The notes beneath the pieces are model-generated. The model did no database searches. It was not told the origin of the DNA and worked only from the letters and a program-made list of their open reading frames with translations. Made by a program: the position numbers and the translations under genes. A stretch of DNA of 64,000 nucleotides, from positions 62,001-126,000 of the IMG/VR virus record IMGVR_UViG_3300046810_000338; one strand, given 5' to 3'. Below, piece after piece: positions 36,983-48,250 of the stretch (the first letter of the stretch is position 1; each line of letters starts with the position of its first letter).

Positions 36983-39919
36983 TTACTTCTGACTGCGTGC
37001 TGGCAAGTGCGGAGTGAAAACGATGTCGATGTCTTCTTCCACGGTGTACGTGTTGTCTGGTAGAGAGGTCAGTTTCTTACGGATAGAGAGGCGACCGTTA
37101 CCATCTGTCAGGGTTACCAACGGATAGTTGTAGATGCCACCCAGACCCGTAATCTCCAGACCCAATACATCGGCACCAGATTGTTCACGGACAGCCGTGG
37201 AGATATCCACGATGGCTACGCTGCTGCTTGCAAACTTGTCTGCGATGATACTGATGATGGTTTTACGAATGTTGGTTTTAAGGTCATCATTCTTGAACCC
37301 TACCTCTGTCATCAATACCAACACTTTGAGGGACTGCTCGGCGTAGATAGTAACATCAGCGCCTTCACCCACTACTGCATCCAGCTGACCGGTTGTGGCC
37401 AGTGGTTTGAAGTAGATGCTGGATTTCTCCAGAGCCTTCTCGTTGGTAGCCCCCATGTCCGTAGTTGCCCACGTAACCATGTTGGTGCAGATTTGTTGCA
37501 TGTAGTTGATAGACGATGCGTCGTTGGCAAAGTAGTACCGGCCATCAAACAACGTAAGGTCAATCTGGCGAGCCAACTGTCGAGGGTTCTTGAGAACCTT
37601 CTCACCGTTAACCAACACCAAGTCGCCTTTACGGTACTTGTACTGCGGGGAACCATCTGCCAAGAAGATCTGATCGCCTGCATTGTGCAACACGGTGTTG
37701 TGCAGCTCACCGTCGTCACCCAACGTAATCAACATGCCACCTGTCACCGGGTCTTCCACGTAGGTCGTTTCGGTGTAGTAGTCAAACTGGTCATCGGCGT
37801 ACAACTCGTAGTCGGCTGGCGTACCGACGGTACGACTGCCTGCCCACAGATACTTCAGTGGGCTGCCCAGAGAGATCGTAACCCGCTCGTGCAGTACCCC
37901 AATGGAATCGTAGGGCAGCATGTTGCGGTTTTTGAGCTCGTCAATTGGACCAGGCTTCATGTTCGGTGCGGTATACGCGGACACCAAGTAGATGATGTCA
38001 AACGTCGGTGCCAAACCGATCGGGTGATTCAGCGGGCCATCCCCAAACATCGAGAAGTTCAACAGCGTCAACGAGTCGTTAGAATCGATGTCGTAGTTGG
38101 TGACCAGGTTGAATTCCCAAACACGCTCACCCGACTCCTTAGTCAGGATAATGCCGTTCAGGTAAGCCATGTCCGACTCGCCCGGAGGCGTGTAGGCCAA
38201 TTGCACTTCTACCTGATCATCTTCCAAGCCTTGATACAGCGTTTGACTGCTGGTCTTGACGTGGATCAGATAACCGTTAGCTACCCGAGACACCACGATG
38301 GCAGAGGCGGCCTGCAAGTCCAACTGCACGCTAGGGTTAGCCTGCACAAATTGGCGAGCCGTTACCTGAGGGGCATCCAGGTAATAGATCCGCATAGCGA
38401 ATCCATCATTGGTTGCATCGAGTACGTTGTGGAAAGGAGAGAAGCGATAATCTGCCTCACTGATAGCCCGAGCAGTGGCCTCAGGTTTAAGCAGGAACAG
38501 ATCGGACTTCTCAGCTTCCGACACGATCTCAACGCCGCCATCCAAGTCACGGTACAGAATCGATGGATGCAGGGTAACGCGGTCGCCGTTGTGGCTGGTG
38601 CCTGCCAACCCATTCAGATCAGCCAGACGCAAGGACATGCTCTCTGTCGCCGTGGAGATTGGCGTCAGGGTGTACTTGTCCAAAGGCACTGGCATAACAC
38701 GGGTTGCGTTGAACACACGCTTGGTGATCGCATCCACGTCCACCACAGAGTCATAGCCGTCATCAGCCAGAGCCTGTTCACGGTTAACGTTGGTGATCGG
38801 CAGATTGATCGGACCCAAGTTGAAGTTGGTCACACGCTCGCGCACTTGTTCCAACGTCAGTGCTGCACGGCCCCCGCTGGTGTAGCCATCGGAGTACGCG
38901 CGGTACGTGGAGATCTTCATGAAAGGAGCGGTGTACAACCCATTGTCATCATTGTCCAGATCTTCCCACACCACACTCCATGCTTTGGAGTCAAAGTCAG
39001 TCAAGATCTTGTCATTGACGGCTTTGGTGGTGTAGATGTCAATGCGCAGCTCACCACTGATCAGGCCCAGCGTTTGATAGACTATCGGTACACGGACCGA
39101 CATCACACCAGAACCCACTTGCAGAAGCACCGTAGCCACCGATGGATTGAAGACCTGATCAGTGTGCGTGGTTGCCACTTCTTTCCAAGACGTCACAGCA
39201 CCATTCGTTACCCGCACATAGGCTCGGGCATAATGGAACTGGTCGGTGAAACTCAGCGTGGTGTTGAACACCCCCGCCGCGTTAGTCTGGAAGATTTGAC
39301 TGGTGATCGTCATCTGCGGAACAGTGGTCTGCAAACGAATGAAGCTGGTGCCACCGTAGTCGATCACATCGTAGTTAATGATGTTGCTCGCAATGGTGTG
39401 CAGTGCGCCATTGGGTGAAGTGCCGTACACCACAGACAACCCGCCGTTTACCGCAAAGGTAAACTCGATTGGGTATTCGAAGGTGAAAGTGGTGTTGTCC
39501 ACTGTGAACGAAGAGTTCTTAGGCATTACCAACTTACGCACGCCACCTGGTGTCACTTCTACGGCATAGCTGCGCACTTCCTCCAACGCCACCATCAAAC
39601 CGATAGGCGCCATAGAAGGCTCTGCAAAGATCCCCAGGTACGCTCTGTCGGCCATGTGCAGGTAGAGGTCTTCCATGGTCAGCGCAAGGCTTGCATAGCG
39701 CTTACGGGTCAGGACCTCCATGCCGATCATGTTGCCAGCGCCCACAGCGATCATGGCTTCGAACAGAAACATCGCAGGGTTGGTAGGGTCACAGTAACGA
39801 ATGTCCCCATCCATCACCTCTTCCATCTTGTTGAGGATGTCGCGCTGCTGGCCCATCGGGTCAAAGCGTGCCCAGTCCATTGCCTCAATGATCTCATCGC
39901 TGGTCAGTAGCGAACTCAT
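36983..39919 (-). CDS. Baseplate wedge-like structural protein (phiKZ gp87-like)
   Basis: 978 aa; DPTNPAMFLFE, LYLHMAD, GGRAALTLEQVRERV baseplate-J-like segment; synteny. Confidence 0.75.
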   Translation of the reverse strand: MSSLLTSDEIIEAMDWARFDPMGQQRDILNKMEEVMDGDIRYCDPTNPAMFLFEAMIAVGAGNMIGMEVLTRKRYASLALTMEDLYLHMADRAYLGIFAEPSMAPIGLMVALEEVRSYAVEVTPGGVRKLVMPKNSSFTVDNTTFTFEYPIEFTFAVNGGLSVVYGTSPNGALHTIASNIINYDVIDYGGTSFIRLQTTVPQMTITSQIFQTNAAGVFNTTLSFTDQFHYARAYVRVTNGAVTSWKEVATTHTDQVFNPSVATVLLQVGSGVMSVRVPIVYQTLGLISGELRIDIYTTKAVNDKILTDFDSKAWSVVWEDLDNDDNGLYTAPFMKISTYRAYSDGYTSGGRAALTLEQVRERVTNFNLGPINLPITNVNREQALADDGYDSVVDVDAITKRVFNATRVMPVPLDKYTLTPISTATESMSLRLADLNGLAGTSHNGDRVTLHPSILYRDLDGGVEIVSEAEKSDLFLLKPEATARAISEADYRFSPFHNVLDATNDGFAMRIYYLDAPQVTARQFVQANPSVQLDLQAASAIVVSRVANGYLIHVKTSSQTLYQGLEDDQVEVQLAYTPPGESDMAYLNGIILTKESGERVWEFNLVTNYDIDSNDSLTLLNFSMFGDGPLNHPIGLAPTFDIIYLVSAYTAPNMKPGPIDELKNRNMLPYDSIGVLHERVTISLGSPLKYLWAGSRTVGTPADYELYADDQFDYYTETTYVEDPVTGGMLITLGDDGELHNTVLHNAGDQIFLADGSPQYKYRKGDLVLVNGEKVLKNPRQLARQIDLTLFDGRYYFANDASSINYMQQICTNMVTWATTDMGATNEKALEKSSIYFKPLATTGQLDAVVGEGADVTIYAEQSLKVLVLMTEVGFKNDDLKTNIRKTIISIIADKFASSSVAIVDISTAVREQSGADVLGLEITGLGGIYNYPLVTLTDGNGRLSIRKKLTSLPDNTYTVEEDIDIVFTPHLPARSQK

Positions 39920-41058
39920 GTCGTTGTCCCCGTGGTAGGCGTTGCGGTAGAGGCAACGGCGGTAGTAGTACCATCCAGGTGTCCCCCGTAACTAACTGGG
40001 ATCGTGCTGGAGGTAAAGCGCTGGCCCATCGTCAGCGATTTGTTGGTGGTCCAATCTGCGTAGATGTCTTTGTCTACCCAGCGGTGCATGGTCTGCTCCT
40101 CAGTATCAATACTGAAGAACGTCTTGTAGTTGAAGACCCCCCACTCATCCTCCTTGATCTCCACCATGTACTTGTCCCGGATCGATGGATGCATCTTGGG
40201 ATTGAAGTAAGCCACGGTGTTGTTGAACTCAGAGAGCACGATCGGGTGGAACGTGTCGCACCCGTGACACTTCCAGTTAACCGACAACTGCTGGCCTTCC
40301 TGGTTGAACGGGGAGTCCATGGAGAAGTTGGCCCCAGTCGCAGTAGGTGCCACGTAAGGATAGGCGATGGTTGACCACCAGCTACTGATCCTGCGTTTGT
40401 TGGCGTCCATAGAGAAGCGAAAGATCCGAGTATGGCTGTCGATTCGAGTCTGGATAATGGCGTCAATGAAGGGCGTCATGTCCCCCTCATAGATCAAACT
40501 CGGATAGCAAACCCAGACATAGAGCAACATTAATATGGAGTTACCCGCACCGTTACGAAGGGTAGTATTAAGATCCCATACACGATAGTTTTTAATGGTG
40601 TCATCAATCTGACTCCGGGCTTCGTGGTGGTTACCTTCGTTGGAGGTCCAAGTTCCTGGCGAAATGTCGGGCCAGCCAGATTGGCTAACCAGCATATTTG
40701 ATAGCCACGGAATAAACGCTTGCTCATTGTCGATCAGTAGCGATCCTTTGCTGGATCGCCAAACACCGACGGGATCAAGCAGGGCACGAACAGCGCGTGG
40801 AATGTTAATCGACCCCTCGCCGCCAATCATTGCATAGAAAGGCTCCCACGCCCGCAGATTGGCATCGTTCAAGTTCATTCTTGGACGGGTGAAAAACGTC
40901 ATGCCAAACTGCTCTCGATTGGCCGGCATCGATGGGTGCGTGCCAATGCTATTGATGCCTCGCAGCTGCTCATAGATAGACTGCACCGCACTGCCTTTGC
41001 CGCCTATCGTTTGAATGAAATCGTAAACCTTTTCAAATTCCTCGCGGCTTAAACTCAT
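39916..41058 (-). CDS. Tail/baseplate structural protein (phiKZ gp88-like)
   Basis: 380 aa; FFTRPRMNL, SGWPDIS segments; ATGA coupling; synteny. Confidence 0.7.
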   Translation of the reverse strand: MSLSREEFEKVYDFIQTIGGKGSAVQSIYEQLRGINSIGTHPSMPANREQFGMTFFTRPRMNLNDANLRAWEPFYAMIGGEGSINIPRAVRALLDPVGVWRSSKGSLLIDNEQAFIPWLSNMLVSQSGWPDISPGTWTSNEGNHHEARSQIDDTIKNYRVWDLNTTLRNGAGNSILMLLYVWVCYPSLIYEGDMTPFIDAIIQTRIDSHTRIFRFSMDANKRRISSWWSTIAYPYVAPTATGANFSMDSPFNQEGQQLSVNWKCHGCDTFHPIVLSEFNNTVAYFNPKMHPSIRDKYMVEIKEDEWGVFNYKTFFSIDTEEQTMHRWVDKDIYADWTTNKSLTMGQRFTSSTIPVSYGGHLDGTTTAVASTATPTTGTTT

Positions 41059-41090
41059 AAAACCCTCCAGTAATGGTCAGGAGCACCTCA

Positions 41091-42422
41091 ATGAACATTA
41101 ACATCTTGCCGGACCTCAGTCTGGTAGCCGCACCGTTTACTACGGTACTTGGTAATGCACTGCGTGTGGCGTCGACCCAAAATAGTGACAGCATCATACA
41201 GTATTCCGCCCCTGCCCGTATCGAGCCTACCTGCTTGATCGACGCGGCTCTGGCGCAGTACGAGTTCCTGTACCCTTGCCTGGGCACCACCAACAACCTG
41301 ATCTCTGCCTATTACATGCAGGGTCTCAACTCCCAGATCAGCATCTCATCGATGCGCCTGCTGCGTGAGGTCGATAACCTCAAGCCAGACCGCAACATGA
41401 ACGCCGCGATCTACGACTTCGTGGAAGCCTCGGCTGACCGTGCTTACGGCAACAAGACGCCGCTGGATCAGCGCGTTGAAGGCAAGATTCTGTCGGTCAT
41501 TGCAGAGTCCCTGTCTCTGCCGGTGCCAGGCTCTAACCAACACGAGCATCACTGCGTCGTGCTGGAGGCCGTTGAGGGCAAACCTGTGTTCCGGGTAGCT
41601 ACCCCGGAAGAAAAGAAAGCATCTGAAGAGTTCCAGAAGGAAGCTGCTGAAGTCTTCAAGAAAACTGGCGAGAAGATTGCCCGTGCTGAATACGACAAAA
41701 AGCTCAAAGAACTCCAAGCCGCTGGTAAAACCGCAGCTGCGAGCAAACAGTCTTTCGAGACTGGCTTGGTCGGCGATATCCTGGATGCCCCCAATCTTGC
41801 CGTTGGTCGCATTTTTGAAGTTACAGCCGACTACGGTAACGGCAGCGTCACTATTCAGGTTCTGGTTTCCCTGAAGACCAAACTGTCCACTTCCGCTAAC
41901 CTGGTTGACATCTATGCAACCGGTGGCGAGCTGCGCACTTTCAAAGAGCGCTGGCACGGTTGGAAGTCGGGTGAGCTGCGTTTTGTGGAAGACATCCTGA
42001 TGTGCTCTGACATCATCGACAACCACAAGCGCACTGGCGTCAAGGACAACACCGGTACCTATCTGGAAAATCGCCAACGCGATACCCAGAACCGTGTGGC
42101 CTCCCTGCTGACCGGTAAGGCCTCGATCGGCACTGCTTCGGCTATCGCTGTGTTTGCGGGCGCCACCGTCAAGAAACTGGAAGCAGCTATCGGCGGCAAG
42201 ATGGCCGACTTCGGCACGCGTGAGAAAGTGTTCCGTCGTACCAGCCTCATGATCTTCATGGTCATCGACACCGACTTCGACCAGATCACTGTTTATCACC
42301 GCGGTATCAGCAAGCCTACCAGTATGCCCGTGGCCGAGTACACTCGTTCCAAGAGCAAAGGCGGCTCCGATGTTGCCGACATCGTTAAGCTGTTCCTGGC
42401 CGGCACCGCTCCTACCCTCTGA
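41091..42422 (+). CDS. Inner-head protein (phiKZ gp89-like)
   Basis: ATG 41091 with CAGGAG RBS; ARIEPTCLID, NLAVGRIFEV, WKSGELRF segments. Confidence 0.7.
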   Translation: MNINILPDLSLVAAPFTTVLGNALRVASTQNSDSIIQYSAPARIEPTCLIDAALAQYEFLYPCLGTTNNLISAYYMQGLNSQISISSMRLLREVDNLKPDRNMNAAIYDFVEASADRAYGNKTPLDQRVEGKILSVIAESLSLPVPGSNQHEHHCVVLEAVEGKPVFRVATPEEKKASEEFQKEAAEVFKKTGEKIARAEYDKKLKELQAAGKTAAASKQSFETGLVGDILDAPNLAVGRIFEVTADYGNGSVTIQVLVSLKTKLSTSANLVDIYATGGELRTFKERWHGWKSGELRFVEDILMCSDIIDNHKRTGVKDNTGTYLENRQRDTQNRVASLLTGKASIGTASAIAVFAGATVKKLEAAIGGKMADFGTREKVFRRTSLMIFMVIDTDFDQITVYHRGISKPTSMPVAEYTRSKSKGGSDVADIVKLFLAGTAPTL

Positions 42423-42441
42423 CCTTAAGGAATTGTGACTC

Positions 42442-43332
42442 ATGAAGATCACTGCATTCGTTGATCGGATCACCAGTGGCTTTAGCCGCAACGGTACCGT
42501 GACCATCTACACCTCGGTTATGAAAGAGATGAAGGATACCACTATCCCGTCTCTGACTAACTTCATCGCCTTCATCGAAGGCAACAGTAAGGCTGAGAAG
42601 GTCCTGGATCGCTTTGGCAAGGACTTCGTCGGTCGTCTGGGCGCTGGCAAGGGTAAGTTCCTGGATCGTATCCTGGCTGCCCTCAACGCCAACGTGGCCC
42701 AAGAGGGCGACGTTGAGGACCTGATCGGCAAGCTGATTCCTAAGGACGCCGATGCATTGTCCCTGGATGGCCGGGCTGCCAACCTGGTTCAGTACGTTGA
42801 AGTCCTGGGCTTTGTCAACAGCTACATCCGCCAACTGCTCCTGACTTTTACTGCCGACATCACCAAGGCAGTTAATGGTCCGAAGTTCGACAGCGGTCTG
42901 GCGCCTTCTCAGGTCAAGCTGTTGCAGTCGAACCTGCCAGCCTTTGTGGCTGCCATGCAGGCGCTGGAAGTGGGCGCAGCTGGCGTTGAACGCAAGTTGG
43001 CCACCATGCCTGAGTTCAACGTAGCAGGCAGTGATGTGGATTCGATGGTAGCGGCCCATGGTGCTGCCAAGATGGACCCACTGCGTACCCAGGGCTTCTT
43101 CTCGGCTAACTGGAACCCGATCTGTGCAATCCGCATGCTGATCGCTGATCGGCTGTTGGCTCGTTACAATGCGGCCAAGGAAGAGCGCCAGGCGCTGGAA
43201 TACCGTATCCAGTCGTTGATCGACTCACAGGACGGTACCCAGAACCCGAAACTTGAGAACGCCATTGCTTACCACAATGGCCAACTCAAGCGCCTCAACA
43301 AAGAGATCGCCGATATCGAGGAGTCGGTCTAA
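42442..43332 (+). CDS. Abundant inner-head protein (phiKZ gp90-like)
   Basis: 296 aa, C-terminal coiled coil, NWNPICAIRM segment; synteny. Confidence 0.7.
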   Translation: MKITAFVDRITSGFSRNGTVTIYTSVMKEMKDTTIPSLTNFIAFIEGNSKAEKVLDRFGKDFVGRLGAGKGKFLDRILAALNANVAQEGDVEDLIGKLIPKDADALSLDGRAANLVQYVEVLGFVNSYIRQLLLTFTADITKAVNGPKFDSGLAPSQVKLLQSNLPAFVAAMQALEVGAAGVERKLATMPEFNVAGSDVDSMVAAHGAAKMDPLRTQGFFSANWNPICAIRMLIADRLLARYNAAKEERQALEYRIQSLIDSQDGTQNPKLENAIAYHNGQLKRLNKEIADIEESV

Positions 43333-43883
43333 TGAATCCCAATCGTGGGTTCGATGTTTACTCAACAGGGTTTGCAAGGCTGAACCCCTTGCAAGTCGGT
43401 ACCGGTTACAAAGAGCCTGATAGTATGGCTTGTGCCCATTACAAGGGCTTGTTGAACGGTACTGTGACGACTGTTGACGCCAAGCACTTCGAAAGCATTC
43501 TGCGTAATGCTCTGGCTCTGCTTGGCACTGGTCCTGATTGGATCATCCTGCAAACCATGAATCCTAACCTGGATAAGTGGAAAGTGGGCTTCATGGTTGA
43601 TACGGTTAATTATATAGCCACCGGCAAACGCCGTCAGTATCAGGCTACGTGGAGAGAACTTTGTGGTGAGCGTAACGACGGTGCGGTTAAGCCTATTGTA
43701 TTAGGTGATCGTATCGTCAACACGGACATCAAGGTGCCGGCCGAATGGCTGAAGGCACATCCAACCGAAATCATCTCCCGCTGGATCGCCTACGATGGTG
43801 GACTGGTGGACTTGATCGAGTCCATTCACCTGATGTACGGTGGAACCATCTTCACAGGTGAAGTGGGCTCACTCGTTAGCTAG
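43332..43883 (+). CDS. Virion protein (phiKZ gp91-like)
   Basis: 183 aa, TAATG coupling; synteny. Confidence 0.6.
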   Translation: MNPNRGFDVYSTGFARLNPLQVGTGYKEPDSMACAHYKGLLNGTVTTVDAKHFESILRNALALLGTGPDWIILQTMNPNLDKWKVGFMVDTVNYIATGKRRQYQATWRELCGERNDGAVKPIVLGDRIVNTDIKVPAEWLKAHPTEIISRWIAYDGGLVDLIESIHLMYGGTIFTGEVGSLVS

Positions 43884-43922
43884 CGAGATAAACCGCAATT
43901 CATACTCCGGAGAAACACAATC

Positions 43923-45176
43923 ATGGCACGTAAGTTCCGTACTACCCCAGGCTTCATGGCCCTCGAAAACCTTGACGGTCTGGACAACGACGACAACGCA
44001 CTGGACATCGATAACGATGAGCAGCATGGCGACGGCGCCGACGCTGCCCTGCTGGACATGCAAGACACCGCGACCGACGCTTCTGCCAACGACGTAGCCG
44101 TCGACGAGCTGGAAAACACCGTTGCCGCTCTGGAAAGCCTGCTGGAAACTGCCGAAGCCTCGCAAGAAGCCGGCGGCCTGGACCCAGTTGCAGCCGAACT
44201 GCTGCAAAAGGCAGTCGAAAACGAAACCGCTCCGCTGGGCACCCCAGCTGAAGAAATCGTTCCGGCTCTGGAAAACTTCACCTCGCCGTCCTCGCGCCGC
44301 CAGTCCACCGTGATGGCCTGTGAAGGCATCAAAGAGTGGATCGACAAGGCCTGGGCCAAAATCAAAGAGCTGATCCAGAAAGGCCGTGACCTGGCCAAGA
44401 AACTGTTCATCCAGGTCAAGCAGGCCATCCAGGGTCTGGAACGCCGCGTCAAAGGCCTGAAAGCCGATGCTGCCAACCGCAACGGCTCCATGCCGAAATC
44501 GGGCAACGTTGAACTGGGTAGCGATGCATTCACCGGTGAAGGCGATGCTGCGAAGCTGAACCAGCTGCTGAAAGCAATCCTGACCGACTACGCCGGCGCT
44601 GCCATTGGCCACGCCAAAGCTGTAGCTTCCGCTCTGTCGGCCGGCGATGCTGCCAAGGTCAACAAAGAAGCCGGTGCCGAAGGTGGCGCTGAAGGCGAAA
44701 GCAAAGAGGAGTTCACCATTCCTCCTGCGATGAAAGCGCCTATCCAGAAACTGGATGGCTTCAAAATGCTGCCTGGCGGCCGTTCGATCCGCAACGCTGG
44801 CGATACCCTCGCCATCCACGCTGACAAGTCCGGCAGCAAGAAGTACATCGGCAAAGCTCTGGGCCTGGACAAGATCAATGAGATCTTGACTCAGCTGGAA
44901 GAAGCTGCGAAGACCGTCACCGGCTTCGAGAAGAACTTCCAGGAAAAAGACCGCGCCGAAGAAGCTGTTATCAAGGCGGGCGACGAGTTCGCCAAGAAAG
45001 CCAAGTCCAACGACAAAGCATCCGATCCAGAAGCGCGCGCTGCTATCAACGCCGCCAAAGACGCTGCTCGTCTGCTGAACCAGCCGATCAAAGACGTTCT
45101 GTCCTACTCGGCCACCGCAATCAACGGCATCGCTGCCTTCGTTGCGGCCAACCTGAAACAATACGACAAGAAGTAA
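43923..45176 (+). CDS. Major inner-body protein (phiKZ gp93 family)
   Basis: Acidic propeptide with ALE/ELE sites, GGLDPVAAEL, PALENF...STVMACEGIKEWIDKAWAKIKELI; extreme codon bias. Confidence 0.85.
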   Translation: MARKFRTTPGFMALENLDGLDNDDNALDIDNDEQHGDGADAALLDMQDTATDASANDVAVDELENTVAALESLLETAEASQEAGGLDPVAAELLQKAVENETAPLGTPAEEIVPALENFTSPSSRRQSTVMACEGIKEWIDKAWAKIKELIQKGRDLAKKLFIQVKQAIQGLERRVKGLKADAANRNGSMPKSGNVELGSDAFTGEGDAAKLNQLLKAILTDYAGAAIGHAKAVASALSAGDAAKVNKEAGAEGGAEGESKEEFTIPPAMKAPIQKLDGFKMLPGGRSIRNAGDTLAIHADKSGSKKYIGKALGLDKINEILTQLEEAAKTVTGFEKNFQEKDRAEEAVIKAGDEFAKKAKSNDKASDPEARAAINAAKDAARLLNQPIKDVLSYSATAINGIAAFVAANLKQYDKK

Positions 45177-45204
45177 TTCTTGCCGGCCTGAGCCAGGTGC
45201 ATAA

Positions 45205-45238
45205 ATAAAAGCCGGGGCATTGCCCCGGCTTTTATGCC
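45205..45238 (+). terminator. Stem-loop terminator
   Basis: 14 bp stem ATAAAAGCCGGGGC-ATT-GCCCCGGCTTTTAT-GCC. Confidence 0.85.
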
Positions 45239-45283
45239 GTGTCATGGTATGACCAGTTAGATTTGTATCCCAAGGACATCATC

Positions 45284-46849
45284 ATGCCCAATACCAATTT
45301 TGCGTTGGGGAATACCTACGAGACCATCACCCGGCCTGTAGCATTCTCTATTGCTAAAGACTGCTTGGCCCGTATGGGCTTTCCTGAAGACGCCTACATT
45401 GACTTCTTGGGGCAGAACGAATCATCGCTTAACCAGGACAGTGCGCTGACGCCTACGGCTAACCGCAACTACTTCGGTACCAACAATGAGACAACCCTCG
45501 TTGTTGAAGAAGACTTTATCATCAACCGCATCTACGAAGCCAGTACGATGCGGCCTGACATCAATCCCATCTTTCGGGAGAACACCTGCCAGACCTACAT
45601 TCGTCCCATCTATGCCCCCACTGAAGGCAAGATCAACTTCAAGGTGCAGTTCGTAGATGAGGTAACGGCTAACCGTTACCGAGACGATTGTTGGACACGG
45701 GCCAACCTGCTGCGTCATGACGGTTTGCATACGGTCACATACCACTACCCTATCCCCGATGTAATGATTGTTACCTTGGGTGAGATCTTCAAACGTAAGG
45801 AAGCCGTGGATAAGTCCGGCCAAACGTTTGGGGAATGGGTGGTGGCAAACTCAGATCCTCGTGCGACTAACTTGACCAACCAGTCGGGTAAGGAAGTGAA
45901 CTGGGTCGTAGCAGAAGATCAGGTGCGGGTCTTTGGTTACTTTGACTTTGCTGGGGTGACTGATAAGCCCACTTTTGACAAAGAGAAGAACGTCTGGACC
46001 ATCGAGTGGACTTACGTTTACACATACGACAAAGCGGTCGAGTGTGCGATGACCTATCCACTGGTGATCCGTCAGCAGATGCTGCCGTATCCCTTTCGGC
46101 CAGAAGAGGGGATGTACCGCCTGGATCAGCAGGATATCAACCCCAACAACTTCAACCGACTGACAGAACCTTACGGTAAGGCCTTTGAAGCTCCTGTGGG
46201 CTTCCTAGACGCCCGTTATCCTGATTTCGATACATGGGCCCCAGAAGGAGGAGTGCGTGGCTGTAAGATCGCCTGGCTAGGTCTTACGACTATATCTCCT
46301 GAAGATCAATCTTACATGTTGGATCTGAACAACCTGGGTAACCACCAGCTGGCAGATGCAGCCCTGGCCTTCATTGAGTCAGAACGCCAATACGTGGTTG
46401 ATCCTCTGCGCAGTCTGATTGACATTGGGGTGTACTCCAATAACAACCGAGCACTGCCGGGTCAGATCGAGTTGGCTGCCGATTTGCATGTGAATGCAAT
46501 CGGCGGTGTGTCACTGGAGCCTGTTTACCACACAGTGATTTCCTATCTGGTGGACCTGTCACTGCTGTCTCCAGAAGACGCTATTCGCATTCGCTACAAC
46601 GCCTGTCTGGCTTACGGGGTAATGGTGACTATCTGGCCGACTGCTGCCGAGCTTGGACTATTGCCCAAGCCCAACAAGCGATGTGTGTGGACAGCGGATC
46701 AATGGTCACAGATCGTTAAGACGCTAAGTCCTACTCGTCCAGGCATTGGCTACCCTAACCCCAGTGACCCTAACGGTCTGACCAACGCGGTGCGTCGCCG
46801 GATCATGCAGACAGTGGGCACCTATCATCTTGTTACACGGAGAACCTAG
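45284..46849 (+). CDS. Virion structural protein (neck/tail junction candidate, phiKZ gp98-like)
   Basis: ATG 45284 with AAGGA RBS; synteny. Confidence 0.6.
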   Translation: MPNTNFALGNTYETITRPVAFSIAKDCLARMGFPEDAYIDFLGQNESSLNQDSALTPTANRNYFGTNNETTLVVEEDFIINRIYEASTMRPDINPIFRENTCQTYIRPIYAPTEGKINFKVQFVDEVTANRYRDDCWTRANLLRHDGLHTVTYHYPIPDVMIVTLGEIFKRKEAVDKSGQTFGEWVVANSDPRATNLTNQSGKEVNWVVAEDQVRVFGYFDFAGVTDKPTFDKEKNVWTIEWTYVYTYDKAVECAMTYPLVIRQQMLPYPFRPEEGMYRLDQQDINPNNFNRLTEPYGKAFEAPVGFLDARYPDFDTWAPEGGVRGCKIAWLGLTTISPEDQSYMLDLNNLGNHQLADAALAFIESERQYVVDPLRSLIDIGVYSNNNRALPGQIELAADLHVNAIGGVSLEPVYHTVISYLVDLSLLSPEDAIRIRYNACLAYGVMVTIWPTAAELGLLPKPNKRCVWTADQWSQIVKTLSPTRPGIGYPNPSDPNGLTNAVRRRIMQTVGTYHLVTRRT

Positions 46850-46851
46850 TC

Positions 46852-48240
46852 ATGCCAATTGTTGAAGTAGGACCGGGTAAAGAGCCCAAGGCTAAAGCTA
46901 CAGGGCAAGCGGTGCCAGTCGCTCTGGCAACCGCTGTAGTGCAAACCCGTAACACGCCTCGCCAGTCATTGATTACGCAAATTTCTGGGTCAGTGTATGT
47001 AATTGATTACTTTCGCCAGAACCGTGCAGCGAATGATCAGGTGCGTGCACTGGCGTTGGACCTTGACCCGGTCTATCAAAGCTACGACCGTATCAGTCAG
47101 ATGGAAACGCGTCGTCAGGGCGATCTGAGCTTCAGTGTCAATGATACCGACAAGAAGCGTACGGTCACTGGTGAGCTGACTATGTACCCAGGCTGTCCTG
47201 TGCCTAACGAAGGGGACATGTTCCTCGCTGACGCAGGGCAGGGTCGTCGGGGCATCTTCCAGGTCACCAACGCCATTCCGCTCAGCTACTACATGCAGAC
47301 CTGCTACAGTATCCAGTTCTCTTTGATGGACATTGAGAACGCCGATTTGCTGGCTAACCTTGATCTGAAGACCGACCAGCGTTACCAGTTCATTAAAGAC
47401 TTTGCACGGTCCGGCAAAAACCCAATCATTATCGATGAGCTTTACAACGATTACCGGAACCTGTCGCGCGTTCAGGGCACGATGATTTCCGAGTACATGC
47501 GTTTGTTCTTCGATGAAACCAGTCAAACCTTAATGATCCCTGGACAGGAGCGCGCTTGTTATGATCCTTTTTTGGTTACTGCTATGCTCGGGCTACTCGA
47601 AACTTCCCAGCATGGGTTCGTTCGAAAGCTCACCGCCCACAACCTGGACATCCAATACGCTTTCAGAACCACCACGGTCTGGGACGCGTTGCTCCAAGTT
47701 GAACCCAGCCACATCCACCTCGCCTGCCAGCGACTTGGCCTGACCGATAAAACGGTTGTCCAAACGCGAGCGCCATTCGGTGGAGCGTACTGGAACCACA
47801 TCGATGAAATCATGTACCCCATGGAACCCCGTGAAGATGCCATGATCCATCGGGTGGGTAACATCGACGCTATCACCGAGCGCCTGGACCATGGTCCTGC
47901 TCCGGTACGTGACTTCTTCCGTCTGATCAGCACCAAAGATACCTCGCTGGTTGAGATTGTAGAAGAGCGTGCTCCGACAGACATGGTACCCAACATCCAC
48001 AATGTGGCGGACGACGATTACTACGTCTTCAGCAAAGCGTTCTACCAACAAGACCATGCCAATCAATCTCTGCTGGAGAAAACGGTGTGGAGCGTGTTGG
48101 AGCAGAATGACGTGGATGTTCCGACGCTTTCCTCGTTGGTAAACCAATCCAAGTATTGGGACAAGCTTGAGCGTTTCTACTTTGTCCCTGTTCTGATCCT
48201 GCTGTGCACGCTTGCACTGCGAGGACCTTCTTCCATTTAA
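46852..48240 (+). CDS. Virion structural protein (neck candidate, phiKZ gp99-like)
   Basis: VPNEGDMFLADAG, YDPFLV, LERFYFVPVL segments; synteny. Confidence 0.62.
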   Translation: MPIVEVGPGKEPKAKATGQAVPVALATAVVQTRNTPRQSLITQISGSVYVIDYFRQNRAANDQVRALALDLDPVYQSYDRISQMETRRQGDLSFSVNDTDKKRTVTGELTMYPGCPVPNEGDMFLADAGQGRRGIFQVTNAIPLSYYMQTCYSIQFSLMDIENADLLANLDLKTDQRYQFIKDFARSGKNPIIIDELYNDYRNLSRVQGTMISEYMRLFFDETSQTLMIPGQERACYDPFLVTAMLGLLETSQHGFVRKLTAHNLDIQYAFRTTTVWDALLQVEPSHIHLACQRLGLTDKTVVQTRAPFGGAYWNHIDEIMYPMEPREDAMIHRVGNIDAITERLDHGPAPVRDFFRLISTKDTSLVEIVEERAPTDMVPNIHNVADDDYYVFSKAFYQQDHANQSLLEKTVWSVLEQNDVDVPTLSSLVNQSKYWDKLERFYFVPVLILLCTLALRGPSSI

Positions 48241-48250
48241 GGACACGGCT